From Thermoplasmata archaeon (lineage in GTDB: Archaea > Thermoplasmatota > Thermoplasmata > Methanomassiliicoccales > Methanomethylophilaceae), in NCBI GenBank assembly GCA_015063225.1, contig SUSU01000001.1:58446-90445 (forward strand): DNA of 32,000 nt, written 5' to 3'. Below, in pieces: positions 1-7,378 of this stretch. The notes beneath the pieces were generated by a model. The model worked only from the letters and a program-made list of their open reading frames with translations, had not been told where the DNA came from and made no database searches. The stretch's first letter is position 1. Every line of letters begins with the position of its first letter. The position numbers and the translations under genes were made by a program.

Positions 1-1614
1 GACATGTTCCCCGTCGGAGAAGACGTTCCTGATCTTGCCGGTCTTGCGGCTCTTCTTGAGGGATATCTCGCCCCTGAAGAGGGCGTCCGCGGCCTCGTTC
101 CCGAACTGGTAGCGGGCCACGGCCTTGGCGCGGATGACGTCGATGTCCGGGAGTTCGCCCTCGGCATCTTCGGGGATATCCGCTCCCTCGATGGATTCCT
201 TGAAGTGGTCCATGACGAACTGGGCGGTCCATTCCTCCGCCTCTGCCTCGGTGCGGGCGTCGGGGATCATGGGGACCACCGACTGGGCGTTGGGGTACAT
301 CTCGTCGAGCTCCTCGGGCACGGGGCCGAGGGGCGAGAGGACCACGGGTGTGTAACCTAACTTCCTGGCGGCGGCGAACTGCGCCTGCATGGCCCTGGAG
401 TAGGGCTTCCCCTCGGTGGCCTCGAACACGGCTGCCTTGTCGGTGAAGGGGATGTAGCGGGTCTTCAGCCTGTTGTTGTAGCGGTAGAACACGGGGCGGT
501 TTCTGGTCTCCTCCCCGGTATAGAAGAGACCTCCCTCGCGGGAGACGGGGTCGAACTTCTCGAGGAATGCGCGGTACTCCTTGAGCCTCCTCAGTCCGTC
601 CAGCAGGGCGGGGTGGGAACGGCATCTCTGTTCGGCGAGGTCCCACAGCCTGCCCTCGAGGATGTACCTCCTGATGAGGGCGAGCTCCTTCTTGATCTCA
701 TAGAGGTTGTGCCTCGCGATGAGTTTGATGCGGGCGTCCTTGTCCATCTTCCTGAGCTCCTCGAGGGAGATCCCGCGGCAGGCGGGACATTGGCAGTCGT
801 GGGACTGCATGTCCTGCAATCTGAACGTCCCGTCGATGAACAGCATGCGGTCGTCCTTGGCGAACTTGGCGTAGGATGCGGAGTCGAAGAGGTCGCATCC
901 CATGAGGGTGGCGAAGGCGAGGATCATGGGATGGCCGGCGCCGAAAAGATGGACCGGACGGTTGTGGTTGATGCCCATCTTGGAGGACATGACGACGTCG
1001 ACGAGCTCGGCGTAGCGGTACTGCTCCATCAGGGGCACGACCCCCCCGATGGGATGGACGTCGATATCCATCTCCGCTTCCTTGCTGGCACAGTAGGTGC
1101 GGAGGTTGTTGTAGACGGATCCCTGGATGACCCCGTTGATCATCATGTCGCCCTTCATGGCGGCGGCTTCCTTGGTCCTCTCGAGGGTGGTGTCGACGGC
1201 CTCTTTGGTCTTCTCCTCGCTCCAGTCGGGCTCGGTGAAGATGTCGAGGACGGTCCCGATGTCTGTTCCGATAGCTTTCTGGAACTCGATGATCTCGGGA
1301 TTGGTGAGGGGGACGGTGCCGTACATGTGGCTCTGGAAGGTCCCCGAGTCGGTCATGATGACTCCGGGGAAGTCGAGCATCTCGTGGAGTCCCTTCTCGC
1401 GGGCCTCCTTGTTGAGTGCTTCGGTGTTCTTGATGATGTACGAGTTAGTGATGAGCGCCCTGAACCCGAATTCGTCGTAGAGCTCCCTGGGGGTCACGGT
1501 CTTGATCTTGGGGTTGACGACCGGGAGCAGTGCGGGGGTCTCGAGCTCCCTTCCTGCGGTGGTGGTGAACTTACCGAGGCGGGCCATGCCGTCCCGTCTG
1601 ACTATCTCGAACAT
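1..1614 (-). CDS. tgtA: archaeosine tRNA-guanine(15) transglycosylase (ArcTGT); 3' end runs off the left window edge
   Basis: Absent from the ORF track because the frame is open down to position 1 (538 codons, no stop). My translation from the ATG (rc of 1612-1614) reads MFEIVRRDGMARLGKFTTTAGRELETPALLPVVNPKIKTVTPRELYDEFGFRALITNSYII...VIMTDSGTFQSHMYG...HPIGGVVPLMEQYRY...HLFGAGHPM...SHDCQCPACRG. This matches the TGT fold and its Zn site. The tail ...VIRAKAVARYQFGNEAADALF looks like the C2/PUA region. Confidence 0.9.
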   Translation of the reverse strand, partial: MFEIVRRDGMARLGKFTTTAGRELETPALLPVVNPKIKTVTPRELYDEFGFRALITNSYIIKNTEALNKEAREKGLHEMLDFPGVIMTDSGTFQSHMYGTVPLTNPEIIEFQKAIGTDIGTVLDIFTEPDWSEEKTKEAVDTTLERTKEAAAMKGDMMINGVIQGSVYNNLRTYCASKEAEMDIDVHPIGGVVPLMEQYRYAELVDVVMSSKMGINHNRPVHLFGAGHPMILAFATLMGCDLFDSASYAKFAKDDRMLFIDGTFRLQDMQSHDCQCPACRGISLEELRKMDKDARIKLIARHNLYEIKKELALIRRYILEGRLWDLAEQRCRSHPALLDGLRRLKEYRAFLEKFDPVSREGGLFYTGEETRNRPVFYRYNNRLKTRYIPFTDKAAVFEATEGKPYSRAMQAQFAAARKLGYTPVVLSPLGPVPEELDEMYPNAQSVVPMIPDARTEAEAEEWTAQFVMDHFKESIEGADIPEDAEGELPDIDVIRAKAVARYQFGNEAADALFRGEISLKKSRKTGKIRNVFSDGEHV

Positions 1615-1726
1615 GGAACGTCAATCGGGGACTGTCATATAAAGGACAGCGTTCGAAGGGATGGTTAGATGTGGTCCTGGAAAACGGATCATTGTTTCAA
1701 TCCAGTGAAGGGCATTTAGGTGATGT

Positions 1727-1822
1727 TGCAATTTAACGCCCGTTATTTTGTAAAAAAATGCAATTTAACGCCCGTTAATTTGCAGAAAATTACACTTTAA
1801 CGGATTTATGGATGTGTAGGGA
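1727..1822. repeat. three 32-bp tandem units, each with a TTAACG-N2-CGTTAA-type palindrome core; candidate regulatory array
   Basis: Unit 1 (1727-1758) is tgcaatttaacgcccgttattttgtaaaaaaa. Unit 2 (1759-1790) is tgcaatttaacgcccgttaatttgcagaaaat, matching unit 1 at 28 of 32 positions with the first 19 nt identical. Unit 3 (1791-1822), tacactttaacggatttatgg..., is degenerate and keeps only the ca.tttaacg half. Confidence 0.7.
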
Positions 1823-1827
1823 GGTTT

Positions 1828-2048
1828 ATGACGTCATCTGCCCCATGTCGATACGGCCCGAGTACACGGCATGGATTGCCGTTCTCGCGGAGGTGGGTGG
1901 GGGGGGTGGTCCCCCGCCCCTGGGGGAGGGGAGGCACTTGCGGTGAAACCGAACCTGATCCGACAGAAGGGCCTCATCCCCCCTTTGGGAGTCCGCCCGA
2001 CTGTATTCAGGTCTCGGCCTCCGGGAACCGTCGTCCCGTGTTGCCTTG
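1828..2048. ncRNA. candidate structured RNA (GC-rich island between AT-rich spacers); identity and strand unknown
   Basis: No codon-biased frame; the track ORFs 1828..2082(+) and 1834..2193(-) are P/G/R-rich nonsense. Strong local pairing is visible. A 9-bp hairpin GGGUGGGGG/CCCCCGCCC lies around 1892-1919. CGGU-GAA-ACCG lies at about 1941-1951. A long imperfect hairpin CCUGAUCCGACAG...CUGUAUUCAGG spans about 1955-2013. A long-range pairing joins CGGAGG (about 1888-1893) to CCUCCG (about 2019-2024). Confidence 0.3.
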
Positions 2049-2155
2049 TCTTCAAGATATAGTATGCATTACGAGTATATAATACATACAATGTTATATG
2101 TGTTAATAGCGGAATAATAAATACTGGCTCATTCCGATTATCCGGTATAAATCGC

Positions 2156-2545
2156 TCAGTAGGTGGGGAGCTTTTCCTTCCTTGCTTCGGCATAGGAGAT
2201 GGAGAATGCGTTCTTCATCAAGAGGTCTGAGATGTCCTCCACGCAGTCGATGTTCCAGCTCTTGGGGTCCCTGCTGCCGATACTTACGACGGGGCTGGTT
2301 TCGCCCTCCCCCACTTCGGGGATCCTGATGTCGTCGCCGAGGTCCCTGATGATGTCCTTGAGGCTCTTCCCGTTGATGGTGACGTCGTTGTGATCCCCCT
2401 CCACGGACTTGAAGTCGGTGGAGATGCCGTTGAACTTGAGTTCGTAGACAAGTCCTTTCACGTACTCCTCCATCTCGCCCACGGTCTTGCGGCGGGATTC
2501 GGGGTATTCGGGGTCCTTGGCGTGGATGTACACGACGTCGAGCAT
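2156..2545 (-). CDS. hypothetical protein (about 129 aa)
   Basis: Track ORF 2156..2662, trimmed to the ATG at 2545 (alternative ATG at 2551). The preceding 37 codons are S/R/T-rich and overlap the promoter region. GGTGGAG lies just upstream. Product starts MLDVVYIHAKDPEYPESRRKTVGEMEEYVKGLVYELKFNGI... with GC3-rich codons. No family recognised. Confidence 0.7.
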   Translation of the reverse strand: MLDVVYIHAKDPEYPESRRKTVGEMEEYVKGLVYELKFNGISTDFKSVEGDHNDVTINGKSLKDIIRDLGDDIRIPEVGEGETSPVVSIGSRDPKSWNIDCVEDISDLLMKNAFSISYAEARKEKLPTY

Positions 2546-2636
2546 TGCCATGCTCCACCCATTGTCTCTCCTGTTTATAGTAGTTGGTGGCCAGCGTGCC
2601 CTTAAACTTTTATCTGATTTGCGTGTGCGGAGGTCC
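2546..2636. promoter_or_regulatory. divergent promoter spacer (TATA-like boxes for both flanking genes)
   Basis: ctataaac on the minus strand (rc of about 2573-2580) sits about 25 nt upstream of ATG 2551/2545. acttttatc on the plus strand (about 2604-2612) sits about 25 nt upstream of GTG 2637. Confidence 0.45.
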
Positions 2637-3434
2637 GTGTTCGCTGAACTGCAGGACGTCAAGCTGTACTACGAGGAGGAAGGAACGGGCGAGCCCGTCA
2701 TCCTGATAGCCGGTATCGGTGCAAACCACCGTTTCTGGAAGGGCATGGTCCCGCTCCTTAAGGGCTACCGTGTCATCACCCTCGACAACCGCGGCGTCGG
2801 CGAGACGGAGTACAAGGGCGGTGTCGAGATCGACATCATGGCCGATGACGTCATCCACCTGATGGATTATCTCCACATCTTCAAGGCGCACATCGTCGGA
2901 TGGTCCATGGGCTCGCAGATCTCGCAGTCCCTCGCCATCAGATACCCGGAGAGGCTCCAGTCTCTGACCCTCGTCTCGTCCTATCAGTTCAGGCCCCACA
3001 GGTCCGCTTACTTCATGTATCTAATGACGAAGGCCGCGGCCGAGGGGAAGTGCACCATGGACGAGGTCAACATCCTTCTGAACTCGTTCTGTTTCCCCGA
3101 GTCGGCCTTCGCGGCATACGCGAAGAAGGGCGCGGTCATGCCAATCCCCCGCCGTCCCGAGGACCCCAAGGAGGTCTACAAGCAGATGATCTCCATGGAC
3201 AACTTCGACACCACGGAGAAGACCAAGGACATCAAGGCCCCTTCCCTCGTCATCCACGGTGCGATGGATATCATGGTGGAGCCCATCAAGGGAAGGGCCA
3301 TCGGGAACAGCATCCCGAACTGCCGTTACATCGAGATCCCCGGGGAGGGGCACACGATCGCCGCCGAGGTCTACATCGATTACCTCAGGGAACACCTCAA
3401 AGAGAACAGGATGTCCCTGCGCGGCGGCGAATGA
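2637..3434 (+). CDS. alpha/beta-fold hydrolase
   Basis: Track ORF 2487..3434. The N-terminal part overlaps the divergent gene and promoter, so the likely start is GTG 2637 (alternatives GTG 2625, TTG 2619). Motifs: PVILIAGIGANHRFW, nucleophile elbow GWSMGS, and C-terminal GEGHT (catalytic His). Confidence 0.85.
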   Translation: MFAELQDVKLYYEEEGTGEPVILIAGIGANHRFWKGMVPLLKGYRVITLDNRGVGETEYKGGVEIDIMADDVIHLMDYLHIFKAHIVGWSMGSQISQSLAIRYPERLQSLTLVSSYQFRPHRSAYFMYLMTKAAAEGKCTMDEVNILLNSFCFPESAFAAYAKKGAVMPIPRRPEDPKEVYKQMISMDNFDTTEKTKDIKAPSLVIHGAMDIMVEPIKGRAIGNSIPNCRYIEIPGEGHTIAAEVYIDYLREHLKENRMSLRGGE

Positions 3435-3440
3435 GTTTAC

Positions 3441-3460
3441 CAGGGGTCCGGAGACCCCTG
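3441..3460. terminator. hairpin shared by convergent genes (hydrolase and OFOR operon)
   Basis: CAGGGGUC-CGGA-GACCCCUG is a perfect 8-bp stem. It starts 7 nt after the hydrolase stop and ends 7 nt before the gamma-subunit stop. A UUUU run follows at 3471-3474 on the plus strand. Confidence 0.5.
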
Positions 3461-3466
3461 TGATAA

Positions 3467-3991
3467 TCAGTTTTCGATACCGAGCCTGATGCACAGGCGG
3501 TTCTTGTCCAGGAGTTCCATCTTCCTTGCGGGGATGGTCTTCTGGAGACCCTTGTCGAGGTTCTCGGCGGTGCAGAAGGAGGTCTCCTTGAAGAGCTTCC
3601 CGAGGATGACCATGTTGGCCGCACCCTTGATGCCGGCGTTCTCCGCGATCTCGGAAGCGGGGATGTAGATGGTGGTCACGTCGGTGCGGGACACCTTCTT
3701 CTCGATGATCGAGCTGTCCACGATGATGATTCCGCCGGGGACGACGTCCTTCTCGAACTTCTCCAGGGAGGGGAGGTTCATGGCGACGAGGACGTCGGGG
3801 TTGGTGACGAGGGGGGAACCGATCTTGTTGTCCGAGAGGCACACGCTGCAGTTGGCGGTACCTCCGCGCATCTCGGGTCCGTAGGACGGGAGCCACGAGA
3901 CCTCGGCACCCTCCATGAGGCCGGCGTAGGCGATGACCTTGCCGGTGAAGAGGATACCCTGGCCGCCGAATCCGGCGAGGAGGATGTTCAT
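3467..3991 (-). CDS. 2-oxoacid:ferredoxin oxidoreductase, gamma subunit
   Basis: Track ORF 3467..4069 trimmed to ATG 3991. [50 protein letters not shown] is the typical POR/KOR/VOR gamma signature. It starts 5 nt after the beta stop. Confidence 0.9.
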   Translation of the reverse strand: MNILLAGFGGQGILFTGKVIAYAGLMEGAEVSWLPSYGPEMRGGTANCSVCLSDNKIGSPLVTNPDVLVAMNLPSLEKFEKDVVPGGIIIVDSSIIEKKVSRTDVTTIYIPASEIAENAGIKGAANMVILGKLFKETSFCTAENLDKGLQKTIPARKMELLDKNRLCIRLGIEN

Positions 3992-3996
3992 GTCCT

Positions 3997-4749
3997 TCAC
4001 TGCTCTCCCTCCCCGATGTCCTTGTAGGTTCCCAGAGGATAGTACAGGAGCATGTTGTCCCTGAGCCATTGGAGGGCGTCGCCGGGCGACATTCCCCAGT
4101 TGGTGGGGCAGGTGGAGACAACTTCGATTATGCAGTATCCCTTACCGGCCATCTGGTACTCGAACGCCTTCTTTATGGCCTTCTTGGCGGCCTTGACGTT
4201 CTTCACGCAGTCGACGGTGACGCGCTGGGCGAGGGCGACGCCGTCCAGGGAGGAGAGGAGCTCGCAGACCCTGATGGGGTTGCCCGCGGTCTTGACGTCC
4301 CTTCCGTAGGGGGTGGTCTGGGTGACCTGTCCGGGCAGGGTGGTGGGGGCCATCTGTCCCCCGGTCATGCCGTAGATGGCGTTGTTGATGAAGATCGCGA
4401 CGATGTTCTCGCCCCTGGCGGCGGCGTGGACGGTCTCCCCCATTCCGATGGCGGCGAGGTCGCCGTCACCCTGGTAGGTGAACACGACATCGTCGGGTCT
4501 GGCTCTCTTGACCCCGGTGGCCACTGCGGGAGCGCGGCCGTGGGGTGCCTGCACCATGTCGCAGGCGAAGTAGTTGTATGTGAACACGGAGCATCCGACG
4601 GACGCGACACCGACGGTCCTGCCCTCGATGCCGAGCTCGTCGATGACCTCGGCGACCAGCCTGTGGACGATCCCGTGGGTGCATCCCGGGCAGTAGTGGA
4701 GAGGCACGTCGACGAGCGCCTTGGGCCTCTCTCCCATTATCTTGGACAT
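3997..4749 (-). CDS. 2-oxoacid:ferredoxin oxidoreductase, beta subunit (TPP-binding)
   Basis: HYCPGCTHG...GDGD...GMTGGQ are TPP/Fe-S motifs. Its ATG overlaps the alpha stop (ATGA at 4749-4751). Confidence 0.9.
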   Translation of the reverse strand: MSKIMGERPKALVDVPLHYCPGCTHGIVHRLVAEVIDELGIEGRTVGVASVGCSVFTYNYFACDMVQAPHGRAPAVATGVKRARPDDVVFTYQGDGDLAAIGMGETVHAAARGENIVAIFINNAIYGMTGGQMAPTTLPGQVTQTTPYGRDVKTAGNPIRVCELLSSLDGVALAQRVTVDCVKNVKAAKKAIKKAFEYQMAGKGYCIIEVVSTCPTNWGMSPGDALQWLRDNMLLYYPLGTYKDIGEGEQ

Positions 4750-5813
4750 CAGAACTCACCTCCGTTGAGCTTCTCGATCTGCTGCAGCACCTCTGCGGGC
4801 GTGGGGACGATGCCTCCGGTGCGTCCGAAGAAGCGGACGGGCTTACTGTCCCTGATGGCGAGCCTCACGTCGTCGACCATCTGACCCATGTTCATCTCGA
4901 CGGAGAGGAATACCTTGGCGTGGGCGGCGTGCTTGTTGAGGAACTTCTCGGGGAAGGGCCACAGGGTGATGGGCCTGACGAGGCCGGCCTTGATGCCCTT
5001 CTTCCTAGCCATGTCGACCGCGGAGTGGGCGATCCTGGAGGATGCGCCGAAAGCGACGAGGACGATCTCCGCATCGTCGGCGAGGTACTCCTCCGCCCTC
5101 TGCTCGTTCTCCTGGATGATCCTGTACTTCTCGAACCTGTCGCGGTTCTTCCTCTCGAGCTCCGCGGGGTCGATGTAGAGGGAGTTGATGACGTTGTGCT
5201 TCCTCTTGTCCTGGTGGCCCTTGGCGGCCCAGTCCTTGTTGTCGACGGGGTCCTTCGGCTCGGGGAGGACGACGGGCTCCATCATCTGGCCGAGCAGACC
5301 GTCGGAGAGGATCATGGTGGGGATCCTGAACTTGTCGCCGAGGTCGAAGGCGTCGGAGATGAGGTCGACGGTCTCCTGGACGGTGGAGGGCGCGAAGACG
5401 AGCATGTGGAAGTCGCCGTGCCCGGTGGCCTTGACGGCCTGGAAGTAATCGGACTGTGAGGGCTGGATGCCTCCGAGGCCGGGACCGCCCCTCTCCACGT
5501 TGACTATGAGGCAGGGGACCTCGGATCCGGCGATGTAGGAAATACCCTCGGCCATCAGGCTGATGCCGGGGGAGGAGGTGGAGGTCATGACCCTGACGCC
5601 GGCCGCGCCCGCGCCGAGGACCATGTTGATCGATGCGACCTCGGACTCTCCCTGGAGGTACACGCCGCCGATCTTGGGCATCCTCTTGGACATGTATGCG
5701 GCGACCTCGGTCTGGGGGGTGATGGGGTATCCGAAGAAGTGCCTGCAGCCGGCGGCGATGGCCGCCTCCGCTATGGCCTCGTTACCTTTCATGAGGACCT
5801 TCTCGGCCATCAT
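4749..5813 (-). CDS. 2-oxoacid:ferredoxin oxidoreductase, alpha subunit (VOR/KOR-type)
   Basis: Track ORF 4749..5990 trimmed to ATG 5813 (or 5810). MMAEKVLMKGNEAIAEAAIAAGCRHFFGYPITPQTEV...GGPGLGGIQPSQSDYFQA. GGAGGTG lies upstream, and the ATG overlaps the delta stop. Confidence 0.9.
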   Translation of the reverse strand: MMAEKVLMKGNEAIAEAAIAAGCRHFFGYPITPQTEVAAYMSKRMPKIGGVYLQGESEVASINMVLGAGAAGVRVMTSTSSPGISLMAEGISYIAGSEVPCLIVNVERGGPGLGGIQPSQSDYFQAVKATGHGDFHMLVFAPSTVQETVDLISDAFDLGDKFRIPTMILSDGLLGQMMEPVVLPEPKDPVDNKDWAAKGHQDKRKHNVINSLYIDPAELERKNRDRFEKYRIIQENEQRAEEYLADDAEIVLVAFGASSRIAHSAVDMARKKGIKAGLVRPITLWPFPEKFLNKHAAHAKVFLSVEMNMGQMVDDVRLAIRDSKPVRFFGRTGGIVPTPAEVLQQIEKLNGGEF

Positions 5814-6061
5814 TCCACCTCCACGCGGATGGCGCAGTCGGGGCACATGATCGTGCACGAGCCGCAGCCTATGCATTTCGAGGCGTCGGAGACGTGGGCG
5901 GGGTGGTATCCCTTCCCGTTCGTGACCGAGTGGTCGAGTTCGAGAATCTTCTTGGGGCATGCGATGACGCACATCTCGCATCCTTTGCATCTGTCGTTGT
6001 CAACGATTACCTTCGGCAATTCGATTACCTGCCTTTTCCCAGGGTGCCCTGACATAGACAC
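5810..6061 (-). CDS. 2-oxoacid:ferredoxin oxidoreductase, delta subunit (2x[4Fe-4S] ferredoxin-like)
   Basis: Two CxxCxxCxxxCP motifs (CKGCEMCVIACP and CIGCGSCTIMCP). The start is ambiguous: GTG 6061, ATG 6055 or TTG 6019. All three overlap the upstream P-loop gene. Confidence 0.85.
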   Translation of the reverse strand: MSMSGHPGKRQVIELPKVIVDNDRCKGCEMCVIACPKKILELDHSVTNGKGYHPAHVSDASKCIGCGSCTIMCPDCAIRVEVE

Positions 6062-6695
6062 TTACCGGGTACATGTTTGGTACTTTATTTAATGGGTCAA
6101 CCCCGGAGGGCACGGTCGTGAACCTGAGGGGGAGTCCCGTGAGCTCGGAGACACGCTCCGCGAAGGGGAGGGAATCCTCCACCGTGGACGCGGTCGTGAA
6201 CTCCTTGAGATGGGAGTTGTTGGCGATGCAGGTCGCCCTGATCCTGGCGGCGTTCTCTATTTCGGAGAGTATCGAGACCGCCTCCTCGGGAGTCGTGGTC
6301 TGCGACCTGTAGCGGTTGATGACGTAGATCACGTCGGGGTCGGCGTCCGTCACGCGCCTGCTGTAGACGCCGAGGGCGGTCGCTCCCGCGTCGTCGCCGC
6401 CGACGTCTATGATGACCCTCTCGCCGTCGGAGATGGAATCGCCGATGGCGGCCGGGAGAGAGGGGGTGTCGAGGTTGGAGTTGGCGAAGTTGGGGCCGAG
6501 CACCCGGACGCCCTCACGGGTGAGTATGTCCGCATAGTCCGAGGAACGGAAGTAGGGGTTGACCACGTCCATGTCGATCAGGGTGACGTGCTCACCCTCT
6601 CTGGCACAGTCGAGCGCGAGGTTGATGGAGAGGTTGGTCTTCCCGGTGCCGTAATGGCCGCAGACGACGGTTACCCTCCGTTCTATATACCTCAT
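6000..6695 (-). CDS. P-loop NTPase (SIMIBI class, MinD/ParA/CooC-like), first gene of the OFOR operon
   Basis: MRYIERRVTVVCGHYGTGKTNLSINLALDCAREGEHVTLIDMDVVNPY contains a Walker A motif (GHYGTGKT) and a Walker-B-like VIIDVGGDD. The ATG at 6695 lies about 25-30 nt downstream of ttatataatttt on the minus strand. Confidence 0.8.
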   Translation of the reverse strand: MRYIERRVTVVCGHYGTGKTNLSINLALDCAREGEHVTLIDMDVVNPYFRSSDYADILTREGVRVLGPNFANSNLDTPSLPAAIGDSISDGERVIIDVGGDDAGATALGVYSRRVTDADPDVIYVINRYRSQTTTPEEAVSILSEIENAARIRATCIANNSHLKEFTTASTVEDSLPFAERVSELTGLPLRFTTVPSGVDPLNKVPNMYPVSVYVRAPWEKAGNRIAEGNR

Positions 6696-6814
6696 CGGGA
6701 CCGGTCTAGATGGGAAAATTATATAACGACATTGATGGCGACATTACTAATTTTTACAGCACGCGCCCGAAAGTTTATTTTATACCTCCAAATTGGGCAG
6801 ACCGAGGCATTGTA
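6696..6814. promoter_or_regulatory. divergent promoter/operator region between the OFOR operon and the regulator-ligase operon
   Basis: AT-rich spacer. TATA-like elements are aaaattatataa (about 6716-6727) and aaagtttattttatacc (about 6770-6786). A direct repeat CGACATT-N5-CGACATT occupies 6727-6745. GAGG at 6804-6807 lies 7 nt before ATG 6815. Confidence 0.5.
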
Positions 6815-7369
6815 ATGGCCGACATGAACAAGGTTGGAAAAAGAATCCGCAAGTACAGGGAACAGCTTGGGCTTTCTCAGGAAGAGCTCGCAGTCAACTC
6901 TGGCCTTAAGCTCGATTCTATCGTTGCGTACGAGGAAGGTACTTCATACCCGCCCATCGGGTCCCTGATCAGGCTTTCCCGCGCCCTTGGTCAGCGCGTC
7001 GGCACCTTCACGGACGACCAGTTCGTACCCGACCCCATCGTCACCAAGGTCGGCGGCAGGCAGGCGACCGCGTCCGCGGACGGCCACCACGGCCACTATC
7101 AGTACTTCCCCCTCGGACAGGGCAAGACCGACAGGCACATGGAGCCCATGTTCATCAAGGTCGGGGTCGAGGAGAATCCCGAGATGAGCGTCCACGAGGG
7201 CGAGGAGTTCATCATCGTCGTCTCCGGGAAGATACTGTTCAGATACGGGAAGGAGGAGCACATCCTGGAGCCCGGAGACAGTGCGTATTACAATTCCGTG
7301 GTGCCCCACTATGTGGGCGCCTACGGGGGACCCGCGGAGATCTACGCGGTCCTGTACACTCCCATGTGA
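6815..7369 (+). CDS. XRE-family HTH transcriptional regulator with C-terminal cupin domain
   Basis: Track ORF 6710..7369 trimmed to ATG 6815. The HTH is KRIRKYREQLGLSQEELAVNSGLKLDSIVAYEEG. The cupin part is HEGEEFIIVVSGKILFRYGKEEHILEPGDSAYYNSVVPH. Confidence 0.85.
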   Translation: MADMNKVGKRIRKYREQLGLSQEELAVNSGLKLDSIVAYEEGTSYPPIGSLIRLSRALGQRVGTFTDDQFVPDPIVTKVGGRQATASADGHHGHYQYFPLGQGKTDRHMEPMFIKVGVEENPEMSVHEGEEFIIVVSGKILFRYGKEEHILEPGDSAYYNSVVPHYVGAYGGPAEIYAVLYTPM

Positions 7370-7378
7370 GGCCTTCCC

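Noticed and set aside
1727-1822. Possible mini-CRISPR array (32-bp periodicity)
   Set aside because: There are only three units, the third degenerate. The variable 13-nt parts are simple A/T filler rather than spacers. No cas genes or leader are present, and the period is far too short for repeat plus spacer.
1828-2048. SRP (7S) RNA, RNase P RNA or TPP riboswitch identity for the GC-rich island
   Set aside because: The near-universal SRP helix-8 string (CC-GGAA-GG-AGCA type) is absent on both strands. RNase-P-like strings (ACAGAAGGGCC, GGGAGUCCGCCC) occur in the wrong order, about 25 nt apart, and GGAAAGUCC is missing. The CCUGAUC string lacks the CUGAGA and GCGUAGGGA partners of the TPP element. 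It is kept only as an unclassified RNA candidate.
1828-2193. Track ORFs 1828..2082(+), 1871..2062(+) and 1834..2193(-) as small proteins
   Set aside because: They have P/G/R/W-rich composition, no codon bias, and they span a G8 homopolymer and the AT-rich spacer. The region is more parsimoniously non-coding.
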